Origin: Lytechinus pictus
Lineage: Eukaryota
DNA length: 64,000 nt
Assembly: GCF_037042905.1 (NCBI RefSeq)
Contig: NC_087249.1
Coordinates: 49,972,001-50,036,000, forward strand
Direction of reading: 5' to 3'
The translations under genes and the position numbers were made by a program. Below, in pieces: positions 39,722-51,214 of this stretch (position 1 is the stretch's first letter; every line of letters starts with the position of its first letter). The notes under the pieces are model-generated. The model had not been told where the DNA came from, ran no database searches, and saw only the letters and a list, made by a program, of their open reading frames with translations.

Positions 39722-40300
39722 CTGTATATGTACACAAATGAGACAATATAAAAAAATCAATAATTATATTCAACACATTTTTTTGCAACTGTCTTTTTAT
39801 CATAAACATGAAATCTGTTCATTTCAATCATTAAGACTACACTAATCATACATTTACAAACTTTGAATAGTGAAAAAACTGTTTGCATATGAAATGATGG
39901 CTTTATGCCATTAAAAAATAATATATGGATACACAATTACATTTGGATATGAAATACAAATAAAATATTAAAGCAATTTTTGTTCTGTGCAAGCAAGAAA
40001 ATTTCATTCTATTTGGAAGCACCAGCGTAAATGTCCCAAAACTTGGTATCATAAGACCAACTTTACCCCAAATGAAATTGCCATTTAATGAAATTAATGA
40101 AGGATTTGAAAGCTCAATTTTACTTTTGTCTTGCTTTCATTTTTGTATGATTAAAAAAATACTAAATTAATGTACCATTTATCAAACAACAAATGATGTC
40201 TTTATGCATTTTATTTTTTCCATGCAAGGAAAAAAATTGTAATTTTTTTGGAAACAATTTTTCCATAATTAAAAAAATATATAATTAATGTATCATTTAC

Positions 40301-40381
40301 CTCTACAGCCTGTGAGAAATCATCCCTTGCATTCTTGTAATCCTTCTGAGCAAAGTACATTAGCCCTCGGTTGATCAAAAC
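40301..40381 (-). CDS. TTC6: TTC6-like exon
   Basis: VLINRGLMYFAQKDYKNARDDFSQAVE; AG/GT. Confidence 0.9.
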
Positions 40382-41039
40382 CTAAATAAACGAGATAAGA
40401 GACAGATATGGTATCATTTCTAGCTTAAGAAACCAAAACAATTTAACTCAATCCAGTTTCTTTTAAACTATCATCTGAATCTGCCCCATAGGTAGAAATG
40501 CAGGGGACTGACAGCAATTAATCGTACGCTTGTTTTTTTTTTAAATCGATTGTACATAGTTACTGTCAATGCAATTAATGATAATTTTTGTTCTACTACT
40601 AGCAATTGCTAAGTATTGTAATACAAGGTTCTGGGGTTCCGTAACACAAACCTTAGAAATTGGCTATGCTGATTTTCATAATTGATTGTATATCGTATTC
40701 AATGCAAATAATCATAGAAATCTGTTATATACATGTAATCGATTGCTAAGCACTGTGTTACAGACTCATGTCTTGGAAGATTCCTCCTTTAGAAAAACCA
40801 CATCAACCTCATTAGTGGAATTAATCTTTTATTAAACGAAGTCATACCATTATTTTTCCTTTCCTGTAAAGTCTCCTAAAAAACAATTATTTATCCTAAA
40901 TTCTTGATTTTTATATTTTCATTGGACCCCAAAACACAACTTTGGATGAAGGTCGCAATAATGAACTCATATACAATGCAGACTAAGAAGGTTAAAAAAA
41001 ACAGAGGCCTCAACCATAAATGTGCAATGTCAACTGGGT

Positions 41040-41429
41040 TTTGTTATTTATTATTATTATTTGTAAGGCATCATCTGTGCCTGGAAGGCGGACTGAAGCA
41101 AACTGAATCACTATGACCGGAGGTCTCTCCTCCCAATGTAAATGATTTGGGGAGTGCAGGTGGACCGCTACACCAGGGTTCCCCCCACTCTTATACAAAT
41201 AGTGCAGTGGGTTCTTGTGCAAAGGTGGTGACTCTCCTCTACATGGGGCCTCCATTTAACGTCCTATCCGGGGGACGGAGGGTTGTCCACTTTAACATAG
41301 CCTGCATCTACATCTATGGAACAGGGGAGGGGCACGTATACACACAATGTAGGTTTCAGTCATCTGCCCAGGTGGACTTGAACACATTACAGGCAGATGA
41401 TGCTTTACTGACTGAGCTAACTAAGCTCC
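41040..41429 (-). mobile_element. tRNA-derived Meta-domain SINE
   Basis: Minus strand: A-box TAGCTCAGTCAG, GTTCAAGTCC, core GGATAGGACGTTAAATGGAGGCCCC..AAGAACCCACTGCACTATTTGTATAAGAGT, (AAT)n tail. Confidence 0.8.
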
Positions 41430-41438
41430 TTATAATCA

Positions 41439-41577
41439 ATGCACCTGTAATCCAAGCTACATGGGGAGGTTCAATTTCGGGTCCTGGGTTATGTCTTCAT
41501 TCCCAGGTTGGTTCCAGACACAAATCATATTTGATTGATAAATGTCCATCAAAACTCCGTTTATACACACATACATA
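41439..41577 (+). mobile_element. Candidate 7SL-headed SINE, copy 2 (5'-truncated, internally diverged)
   Basis: Shares ATGCACCTGTAATCCAAGCTA and GGTYGGTYCCAGAC..AATCATATYTGATTGATA..AAAACTC..ACACA with copy 1. Confidence 0.65.
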
Positions 41578-41710
41578 GTATTCAGACATCATGGAACACA
41601 CACAATTCAATAACAATACCCAACATACATGTATATAGTTTTCATGCTCAAAAACCTCAATTTCAAGGAGAATTTGACACCTCTAAACAAATTAAAAGAA
41701 GCTTTGTTAC

Positions 41711-41903
41711 CTTGAGTGAGTTCTCATCACCCAGCATGAGGACAATGCCGTAGTCCCTCTGAGCCTTCTGGTAATCTCCTATGGTGTGGTAGCAAACAGC
41801 CCTGTTGAAATAGGCCAAGGAACAGGTGGTATCCAGTTCTATGGCTTGACATAGATCCTTGACGGCCAGAGTGTGTGCCTTGATGTAGTACTTCAGGGCT
41901 CCT
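41711..41903 (-). CDS. TTC6: TTC6-like exon
   Basis: GALKYYIKAHTLAVKDLCQAIELDTTCSLAYFNRAVCYH...NSLK; AG/GT. Confidence 0.92.
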
Positions 41904-41949
41904 CTGCAGAAAAAAAGGGGTAACATAGATAAAAGTGTGATAAACATAG

Positions 41950-42605
41950 AGGAATCAATATCGAAATGACACAATGGGACAGCAGGAAGTAGGAGACAGC
42001 TCGGTAGAAGTAGGCTAAGGAACAGGTGATATCGAGCTCTAAGGCTTTGCATAGGTCCTTGATGGCAAGGGTGTGTGCCTTGACATAGTACTTCAGTGCT
42101 CCTCTGTAGAAAGAAATCAATATAAACATGGAAAATAACATAATACAAGAAATAGATGGCAGCCAGGTACAAGTACATGTAGGCTAAGGAACACATGGTA
42201 TCTAGCTTGATGGTTTGACATACATGTAGATCCTTGACAGCTAGGGTGTGTGCCTTGATGTAGTACTTCAGGGCTCCTATGCAAACAGGAGGAAAAACAT
42301 AGAGGATTCAATATCAATATTGTACAATTGCAGGACAAGAAGTAGGAGACAGCCCTGCTGAAATAGGTCAAGGAACAGGTAGTATCGAGCTCTATTGCTT
42401 GACATACGTCTTTGACAGCTAGGGTATTTGATGTAGTACAGTACTTCAGGGAACCAGAATCAATATCAACATGACAAAATCACATGATACAGGAAGTAGA
42501 AGACAGCCCATTGAAGTAGGCTAAGGAAGAGGTAGTATCGAGCTCTATGGTGTTACATACATGTACATGTGACAGGTAGGGTATTTCAGAGCTCCTCTGC
42601 ATCTG
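41950..42605 (-). repeat. Four tandem partial duplicates of the acceptor + 5' half of TTC6 exon 41711-41903
   Basis: Nearest copy (200 bp upstream) reads tacag|RGALKYYVKAHTLAIKDLCKALELDITCSLAYFYRAV. The further copies are decayed. Confidence 0.92.
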
Positions 42606-42911
42606 ATAACACAATGGAAAACAGATGGTCGTTTTGCGCCCCGCACAGACGAACATGTGGGACTGTAATGAGGATTAACGCAATAGGATGCAATGGATCG
42701 GAACTAAATTTTTTTACTTTATTTCGCACCATTCAGATAAACTTGTTTATTTTATTTATCATTCATTCTATCACTTGAAATTGATCAGATTTTATGAAAC
42801 AGGGTCCTTACATGTACCTCTCAAGGTACAAGAACATGTAAGCTCTGAATCCGTTGGGCAAAGTTATCATTGATTATATCACATACAATTAATAACAAAC
42901 ATGGTCCCCAC

Positions 42912-43126
42912 CTGTAGAGGTAGGCTCTGACACTGTTGGGTTGCAGACGGATCGCCTGGTTACAATTGTAGATTCCTTTGGAATAGCGCCCCCTCTGTCC
43001 ATAGTAAGCCGCTCGACTCAGATAGGCCTGGAACAGCTTGGGGTCGAGGGCCAGGGCCCGGTTGAAGTCCAAGATCCCCTTGGCTTGGTGTAGTCTGGTC
43101 CGAGTAAGACCTCTCTGGTAGTAAGC
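42912..43126 (-). CDS. TTC6: TTC6-like exon
   Basis: AYYQRGLTRTRLHQAKGILDFNRALALDPKLFQAYLSRA...RAYLYR; AG/GT. Confidence 0.93.
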
Positions 43127-43617
43127 CTAAATGAAAGGGATAAATGTAGGTCCCATACATTGATTCTTTGTACTGTGATATTTCAAACACCGTGTATAAT
43201 GTAAGTGTGATAAGATGTATCAGAGAGAATCATAATTAATCATTATTTCTTGTTATACATTCAATTTTCAAAATGGCAGGGCAGCTAAAAGTAATAGGAC
43301 AACTTAATTTGACATGTTATTTGAATACAAATTTTCATGTATTTATTCAAGTGAAAAACTTTTAACAAATCATGCTACAGAATCTTTACAAGGCAATATG
43401 CATACATAATAATCAATAATGCAAAAATACACATTTCTTTAATAGTACATGAACTGACTGCCCCCCAGAAATGTTGGGTGGTTTCATAAAGCAATCAGTG
43501 TCCTATTTGTCCAAATCGAAAAGAAAATGAAAGTATGAGCAAACAAATCAATAGTTGATCTAGCAAACAACAAATGAATGAACAGACAAACAAAATCTCA
43601 GCAAATGATATATCTAC

Positions 43618-43764
43618 CTCAGGGTATTCTGGATTGATCTTGATTGCACTGTTGAATGCTTCATACGCCTTGAGGATGTTTGGAATCTCCATGTGGCACA
43701 TGCCTATCAGGTAGTAGACCTCAGCTGCTTCTATGGGCCAGCTCTGTCTCTCCTGCCAAGGTTT
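43618..43764 (-). CDS. TTC6: TTC6-like exon
   Basis: KPWQERQSWPIEAAEVYYLIGMCHME...INPEYPE; AG/GT. Confidence 0.9.
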
Positions 43765-43911
43765 CTGAAAGGCATAAGGTATTACTAACTTTAAAGAGAC
43801 CTTTTTAAAATCACAAGGTTACTATGAGATAAATTATCATAACATTTGTCTTCAATAATGTAAAAAAAATCTAGCTTGCATGGTGTGAATTAGATTGCAA
43901 GCTTGATCGGG

Positions 43912-44220
43912 NNNNNNNNNNNNNNNNNNNNNNNNNNNNNNNNNNNNNNNNNNNNNNNNNNNNNNNNNNNNNNNNNNNNNNNNNNNNNNNNNNNNNNNNN
44001 NNNNNNNNNNNNNNNNNNNNNNNNNNNNNNNNNNNNNNNNNNNNNNNNNNNNNNNNNNNNNNNNNNNNNNNNNNNNNNNNNNNNNNNNNNNNNNNNNNNN
44101 NNNNNNNNNNNNNNNNNNNNNNNNNNNNNNNNNNNNNNNNNNNNNNNNNNNNNNNNNNNNNNNNNNNNNNNNNNNNNNNNNNNNNNNNNNNNNNNNNNNN
44201 NNNNNNNNNNNNNNNNNNNN
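43912..44220. other. Assembly gap (309 N)
   Basis: Run of n. Both flanking exons are phase 0, so no exon is required inside the gap. Confidence 0.99.
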
Positions 44221-44230
44221 TTGTACTTAC

Positions 44231-44450
44231 CATCAACTCAAGGGCTTTCTCAAGGCTCTCAACGGCTGGTTGATATTTCTTGGCCTTGATTTCAGTCTTT
44301 CCCAACAGGATATATAGCGGTGCTGTGGGGTTGACCTTAGCTGAACTGGACAGAACATCAATCGCCTTGCCGTAGTTGTGCAAGAAGCTCTGGACAGCGG
44401 CCTGTTGGGTCGGTGAAGAGCCTAAACCATGAGCTAGTTCTGCAGCATGT
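44231..44450 (-). CDS. TTC6: TTC6-like exon
   Basis: HAAELAHGLGSSPTQQAAVQSFL...LEKALELM; AG/GT. Confidence 0.92.
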
Positions 44451-45074
44451 CTGAAGGAAGACAATTGTGACGCATGTTATTATTGTCAAACCCGGTTTAG
44501 AAATCAACAACCCAAGAGGCAAGGATTAAATCAAGGACACAGAATAGCCTTGTGGTGCTCCAAATAATCATGCCCTTTGGCCTACAAACTTCCACTTATG
44601 GGCCATTCCATAAACTACATACTTTTGACTCCTTTTTATGGTTGGACGTCCAAAAATATTGATTGTCCCCTGCAATTACCCTTATGTTACTCTGTAGTAT
44701 TTCTAAAAGTCCAAATAGGTCTGAGAATTACAATGAACCAATGGACCAGGATAGGAAAAATTTTATCATTTTCAGGGGATATCTTATTTTTTTAACAATG
44801 GGTGACTGTTGTATTTATGGGGCTATTTGTTTCATTTGAAGGCCTACTTTTGACTATGTGGTAAATACTATCATCATTTTGCCATATGTAGATTACTGAT
44901 TTTCAAGTTTATTGAATGTTTTATGTGGCAGATCTTGGGGAAACTCTGGAAAAGATGGTCACCCTACAGCATTCCATTTTGGCAAATTTTAGAGACGATT
45001 TAGGTTGTGATGAGGGCAAAATCGCTTGTTACCCTCAAATATTTCCTACGGTGTAATGGATATGTCAAACTTAC

Positions 45075-45202
45075 AAGACACAGAAGCTGGCGAGTTCCAA
45101 GTTCTTCATCCTGAGCAGTATCTGACCTCTAAGCATGTAGTAATGCTGTTGGTCTGGTCTGAGATGTATGGCACGGGTGAAGTCTTTCAAGGCATTCTTC
45201 AA
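45075..45202 (-). CDS. TTC6: TTC6-like exon
   Basis: LKNALKDFTRAIHLRPDQQHYYMLRGQILL...ASFCV; AG/GT. Confidence 0.92.
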
Positions 45203-45410
45203 CTGAGGATAATAACAGAAAGGAATATCAAATAAAGAGAGGAAAACACCTAATATTAGAATTGTCAGTCATGAAAATTTTATTTTCAACAAGGTTTCAA
45301 TGACAAACACCAACAGGTACATGTTCATGAAATGGCAATGAAGAATTTTCTTCAAACTTTTCATCCCTATTTTGCTGAGTAAAACAAAACATATTTTCAC
45401 AAGTCAATAA

Positions 45411-45763
45411 GGAGGAGGCGTGTGTAGTGGTTCTGACTCTCCCCCAGTAACAGAGGGTCGTGTGTTCGAATCCCACCACGGTCTGGCTTCCTTTTGCAAG
45501 GCGTTAATCCACACTTTGCCACTCTCAACCCAGGTGCTAAATGGGTACCCGGTAGGATGTGAAAGTCATTGTAGCTTGTCCAGTACTGTGTGCGCCTCAC
45601 TAGCGACTGACTGGAATACTCCCCAGGGAGTGGCAGATGAACACACATTGTGTGCAGGAATGACTGATTGAATCCAATGACCGTTGTAACAATATAACTG
45701 TACAGCGCTTAGATACGTCATTCCGATGTATTAAGCGCTATATAAAAGTGGATTATTATTATT
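45411..45763 (+). mobile_element. Full-length tRNA-derived Nin/Deu-core SINE with L2-like tail
   Basis: B-box GTTCGAATCCC, core CTCAACCCAGGTGCTAAATGGGTACC, tail CAGCGCTTAG..AAGCGCTATATAAA..(ATT)n. Confidence 0.85.
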
Positions 45764-46005
45764 AATAAAAGTGAAAATATCCTTGAACTGAAATAAATGT
45801 CAAACTCCAAATTTCTCTCCTTTCATTTTAAGTAAACAGAGGTTGAAGTGATATGCAGGATAAAATTAGTATTTATAAATACGCAATGTAGAATAACTAT
45901 ATCTGTTGTCTTCATTATACTGAATGATTCTTTCAAGGCAAAAACTGGAAGTTTGAAAATAAAATGCTTCGCTCATCGCTCAACATCCCAAGTCAAGCAT
46001 TTCTG

Positions 46006-46276
46006 GGCCCTGTCTTACAAAGACTTGCAATTAATCCAATCAACCACAACTATGGAAAGCCAGCAACATCAACATCTAAAATGCATGTTTGTTTAAAATA
46101 TTTTCTAGATGTGATGTATATTCATACATTCACTGTTTTCACTGGCAATTCAGTGTTTCTCTTTGTTTTCAAAGGACATTGTGCAAATTTCCTGTAGAAA
46201 AAATTATTACAATGATGGATTTCCATACAGAGTTGAGATTGATTGGATCAATTGTAACTCTTTGTAAGACGGGGCC
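46006..46276. mobile_element. Harbinger-like ~270-bp MITE, copy 2
   Basis: CTG TSD; TIR GGCCCTGTCTTACAAAG / CTTTGTAAGACGGGGCC. Confidence 0.85.
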
Positions 46277-46325
46277 CTGGAAAACATAAACATGGCACCT
46301 CCCATGGTACACAGCAATACCATAC

Positions 46326-46419
46326 CTCATGTATCTTATGGTAAGCTTCCCCTCTGCATACAAACGCCCTCACATAGGTTGGGTCCACCTTGACTGCATT
46401 GGTGAATTTCTGAATGGCC
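46326..46419 (-). CDS. TTC6: TTC6-like exon
   Basis: AIQKFTNAVKVDPTYVRAFVCRGEAYHKIHE; AG/GT. Confidence 0.92.
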
Positions 46420-46611
46420 CTAAAAAGAGTGAAAGAGAACAAAATTATTTTCTCATGTTTAAGGAACATCTAGCATACAATGACAAACTATATGAAGTAT
46501 TGTTATCCAACTCTTGAGTAATATAAGTTTTTAATCAATTTGAATTACAGGTTCATGTATATATATCTGACAAGATGTAATGGCCCCGTCACATTTTTCT
46601 GTGCAAACCAG

Positions 46612-46875
46612 GGCCCCGTCTGACAAAGAGTAACGATTGATCTGATTGACCATAACTATGGAAGGCCAGCAAAGTCAACATATAAAATGCATGTTTGTTC
46701 AAAATATTTTCTGGTAATGAAGTAAATTCATACATTTATCATTCTCTTGAAGATTCAGTGTGATTCTTTTTGTTTACTAGGGACATTGTGCAAACTCTCT
46801 GAAGAAAAAATGATGATATTGATTGATTTCCATGTACTTGATCAGATCAATTGTAACTCCTTGTAAGATGGGACC
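46612..46875. mobile_element. Harbinger-like ~270-bp MITE, copy 3
   Basis: CAG/CTG flanks; same TIR and body. Confidence 0.8.
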
Positions 46876-46970
46876 CTGATATGTGACTGGGGGAAACAAT
46901 TTTTGCTACCTGCAGATTGCCTGCACATGACAGTTCTTTGCAATTTCTCCTTTAATAACTGTTTACATAC

Positions 46971-47173
46971 TTGTGATAGTTCTCTAACTTGGTCATGTAG
47001 ACGAGACCAAGGTTGACGTGAGCAGCTGCGATGGTCCTGTCCAGTTTGAGAACACTGTCAAAGTCTGTGATAGCGTCTTCATGCCGATCCATGGTCATAT
47101 AGAGGATCCCTCGATGAAAGAAGGCCATGACGTTACTGAAGCCGTCATCAAGGAGGATGGACACGCTAAGGTC
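46971..47173 (-). CDS. TTC6: TTC6-like exon
   Basis: DLSVSILLDDGFSNVMAFFHRGILY...AHVNLGLVYMTKLENYH; AG/GT. Confidence 0.92.
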
Positions 47174-47880
47174 CTGGAAGAGTCAGTGATAAGATTACAA
47201 TTAGCAGTCTAGAGGGGTGCTGCAAGGAACTTATATTTAGTTCTCCCTATCTCATATAGCTGTCTGAATCTGGCTGCATGTGGCAATGTAATCATTTTAC
47301 TTTTAATTCTTGGGATGTATTCTTTCTGGTTATGAACGTGCGCTTTATTCACTCATGTTGTGTAACAAAAATAACTTAGTTACAATCTTGCAAATAATAA
47401 AAATATTTTTCAATTTAACATTTCATTCGCTAAAACATTTTCTGTGAAGCAGCCCAATGCTGGGCCCGGGCTGGGCCGATGAAACCAAATGCAGTTACTA
47501 TGGGAAATTTCACTGGATAAGGACCATTACTTGGGTGAATTTCAAGTGGACAAAAGTTTGCATCCCGAAAGCAATCAATTAGATAATGGTATCGCAGGTT
47601 GATATTGCTTGATACCGGCTATATGCGATAGGGAGAATGGTAAATGAAGCATAAGTCTCAAAATCAAGTGTAACGAGGAGTAAATTTAAGATCATTGTTA
47701 ATGTAGTAAAGAGGTGTGAAGTCATGAGTTATCGATAATGGAATCTGTATCACACTTCTGAACCAGGCTCGATGTTGAAGCTTGGTTCAGCAGCATTTAT
47801 CACGCTCTCAATACCGACACCAAACTTGAAATCCCCTTATGAGGTCATGAAAAGGATAAGCATAGAACAACTTTCCATAC

Positions 47881-48103
47881 CTGCAAGGCCTGCTTTGGAT
47901 GAGCTTTTCTCAGCAGACACCCTCTATGGTAGAAGGCCACGCTGTTGTTGGGATCAAGGTGTATCGCTGCCGAGAGGTCCGCCACTGCTTCGGGGTACAT
48001 GCCCTGCTTGGCGAAGGCCCGCCCCCTGTAGGTGTGGCCTAGGGCATTGTTAGGCTCCTGCACCAGCAGTTCTGAGAAATCTTTGATGGCTGCCATCCAA
48101 TTC
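47881..48103 (-). CDS. TTC6: TTC6-like exon
   Basis: NWMAAIKDFSELLVQEPNNALGHTYRGRA...HPKQALQ; AG/GT. Confidence 0.93.
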
Positions 48104-48640
48104 CTAAAAAGGAGAGGGGGGGGGGGGGAGTGACAAGTCTAGTGCATAAATGGACATTTTACCAATGAAACAGTAAAAGAATAATACGAAGAAAAATAAT
48201 ATAGGGCATTTATACTGCGCTATTATCCAGAAGGTGCTTGGAGGCATTCCTACATTACCCTGGCTAAATTGATGCCAAGTTTAAATTCTAACATCTAAAA
48301 ACATCAAATATGAATTTTAATGGCTGAAAAGAACATTCAATGACAGCAACATTTTCAAAATATTGGAATGTTGGATGATACTGGTGTATAATTCACCTTG
48401 AGGGTGTGTTTCATTAAGATTTACTGTTATAACAAATAGGCAGTTTCTATAACATATTTATCATCAGCCAATCAAAGGGAATGATTTCAGTAGCTTTAAA
48501 CTGTTAAAGCAAATGTTACTCTAACAAGTTTCATAAAATGGGCCCAAGATGTAAATCAAGAGACATATTTTACAAGAAATGACACTTGATGTTACTTGCT
48601 TCATTTTGACAAAGGAGGGTAGTGTAGAACAATGGCTTAC

Positions 48641-48750
48641 TTGTTTGTATCAAACTGGTAGAGTCCTCTTTTCATGATGGCCTTAGTCATGTTTGGCATG
48701 AGACGTGTTGCTTCTCGGTAATCTTCTAATGCTAGCAGCATTTCACCTCT
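48641..48750 (-). CDS. TTC6: TTC6-like exon
   Basis: RGEMLLALEDYREATRLMPNMTKAIMKRGLYQFDTN; AG/GT. Confidence 0.9.
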
Positions 48751-49071
48751 CTGTTAAAGACAAACCAATTTTACAATCACACTTTTCTTCTCGTATCTCA
48801 TTCTACCTTTATGCATGTCATTCATTTACTATATATGACTTACAGATTCAGCATTTAATTTATTTTATTATTCATTTATTATAATTTCATTACAATTCTT
48901 GACCAATAGTAGCCTCTCTCGCAATATGAAGAAAAAAAAATTACATAAGAACTACAAGCAATACATCAAATAAACATGCTCCAGAAAAAATTCTTAATCA
49001 CCTGTCTGTGAGAAACAGTTTTAAAAAGAAAAGATCTTGATTATTTAACAACTCAAGAACATCTAACTCAC

Positions 49072-49192
49072 CGCTTCATAAAGCTCGGCCCGCTTGAAGA
49101 AAGCTTCATGGTCCTGTGGATCCAGTTTGACAGTCTGAGTGAAGTTCATGATTGCCATGGTCAGGTCACCCATAGCTGTGAAAATATCAGCC
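49072..49192 (-). CDS. TTC6: TTC6-like exon
   Basis: ADIFTAMGDLTMAIMNFTQTVKLDPQDHEAFFKRAELYEA; AG/GT. Confidence 0.92.
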
Positions 49193-49304
49193 CTGGAATG
49201 AAAAGTGGACGAATGAAACATATTGGAAATCAGGGAGGGGAGTTGTTTCATAACTTTTTTTCATGATTTATGCACCTTAAGGCACAAATAGTGACCTTTT
49301 TATA

Positions 49305-49775
49305 TTTTTTTATATCAATCTATCAAATGATAATAAAGCTCCTACATGATCCTTGTTGATCTTGATGATTGTGTTGAGGTCTTCCGGAGCCTTGATTTTT
49401 TTTTAAAATCAATCAATCAAATGACCCTACCTTGATTTGTAGGCTCCTACATGGTCTTTGTTAATCTAGAAGATTGTGATGAGGTCTTCCAGAGCCTTGT
49501 CGATCTTTGGTTTTTTTTTCTATATCAATCTATCAAACAGCCCTACCTTGATCTGTAGGCTCCTAAATGGTACTTGTTGATCTTGAGGATCGTGTTGAAG
49601 TCTTCGAGAGCCTGTTTGATCTTCAGATTTTTTTTATATCAATCTATCAAACTGCCCTACCTTGATCTGTAGGCTCCTACATGGTCCTTGTTGATCTTGA
49701 GGATCATGTTGAGGTCTTCGAGAGCCTGTTTGATCTTCAGATTTGTTTTTATATCAATCTATCAAACTGCCCTAC
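49305..49775 (-). repeat. Four ~115-bp tandem duplicates of the 3' part + donor of TTC6 exon 49776-49960
   Basis: GAAGACCTCAAC..GATCAAG|gtaggg is repeated with ends at 49661, 49547 and 49431, plus a donor-less copy at ~49340. Confidence 0.95.
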
Positions 49776-49960
49776 CTTGATCTGTAGGCTCCTACATGGT
49801 CCTTGTTGATCTTGAGGATCGTGTTGAGGTCTTCCAGGGCCTTGGTTGGCTTTTCCTTGAGAAGATACAGGAGATGGCGATTCCAGTAGGCATCCAAGAG
49901 AAGAGGCTCCAAGGCAATGGCCCGGTTGAAGTCGTCCCAGGATTGCTTAAGTTTACCAAG
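49776..49960 (-). CDS. TTC6: TTC6-like exon
   Basis: LGKLKQSWDDFNRAIALEPLLLDAYWNRHLLYLL...HVGAYRSR; AG/GT. Confidence 0.92.
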
Positions 49961-50524
49961 CTGTAAAGATGGAAAGAAATGGAATAAGTTATTTAAGATT
50001 TTGATGTAATGTACAATGTAATCTTAAGTTTATTATTCACCTAAAATGACTACATGTATGTACACTGATTTTGCAACCTACAATTGCTTGAGCCTACCAA
50101 GCTGTAAAGATGAAAAGCAATGGAAGAGAATTGGTAGAGATTTGATGTAACTACATGGTCTTTACTTTATTTTACAGACCGAACTATTGACATTGATTTT
50201 GTGACCTGAATTCATGTCAACTGATCAGCAAGTCTTGATTACCCTTGTGACCATGTTTCATGAAATACGACTTCATACGTAAATCATAACTTTTCCAAAA
50301 CTTATGCTCCGTTTACATCTGGTTTGGGAGCATCATAACGTATCCAAAGGGTGATCGTACATACCTTGATAATCAATATAACCTCCTTGAAAGTGGAGTG
50401 TGATGTATGGATTCACGATTATTGTAGGATCTACAATTTTGTTTAGTGAGGAGTCATACAAATATTTCAAAACCGTAAGTTTGTAGCCCTTAAACACATC
50501 ACAGGGTTATCGTACAATGTGTGG

Positions 50525-50650
50525 AGAGAGAGGGATGGATGGATGGGTAGACAGACAGACAGACAGATAGATAGATAGATAAATAGAAGAGAGATGGACA
50601 GAAAGAGTGAGAAGAGAGAGAGAGAGAAAGAGAGAAAGAAAAGAATAAGA
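50525..50650 (+). repeat. Compound microsatellite (GA/GATG/GACA/GATA)
   Basis: Direct reading. Confidence 0.9.
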
Positions 50651-50723
50651 AGCAAAGAGGGATATAAACTAAATGAAGAAATTAAAAACAGACGTTCTGA
50701 CTAGATGATTTCTTGATACATAC

Positions 50724-50822
50724 CTTACGGTAAATGATTCCTCGTCGAGTGAGGTCAAATGGCGATGGTTTAGGTTCACTTTCTAACTTTTCTGTCATGT
50801 AAAGTGCTTCTGTGTATAGCTC
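50724..50822 (-). CDS. TTC6: TTC6-like exon
   Basis: ELYTEALYMTEKLESEPKPSPFDLTRRGIIYRK; AG/GT. Confidence 0.88.
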
Positions 50823-51214
50823 CTGTTGGGTGGAATAAATAATTAAAGTAAAAGTAGTTTCTAAAGTGGCTTCAAAATCAGTCAGTGTCGTATTTACTGG
50901 ATGAAATATCTATAAATGAATTAAACTTCCCCAGTAAATAATTAGCATTCTAAGAATGACATCATGGATATAGTAGGAAGATTAGCAAAACAGAAATATT
51001 TCATGATCCTAAATCATACAATATATTCATGGAGCTCAGCACTCTTACCAAAAGATTCAAAGTGCAGTACACTAATATTAACAGAAAAAGATTACTTATT
51101 ACAACTATACATGACATTAGACTTAAATCAAAGAGAACAAAAGAGGAAATCCTTTAAAACCCAACAAATCTGAATATGGTGATTGATTAATGAATATAAA
51201 AATAGAATGATATA

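Noticed and set aside
41147-41578. 143-aa plus-strand ORF
   Set aside because: Spans two SINEs; chance open frame.
42437-42443. TACAGTA as a Sleeping-Beauty-type footprint
   Set aside because: It is a +5 insertion relative to the exon, but equally explained by slippage duplication of AGTAC, so it was not counted as evidence.
43871-44289. ORFs running through X residues
   Set aside because: Artefacts of the N gap; only 44231-44450 is exon.
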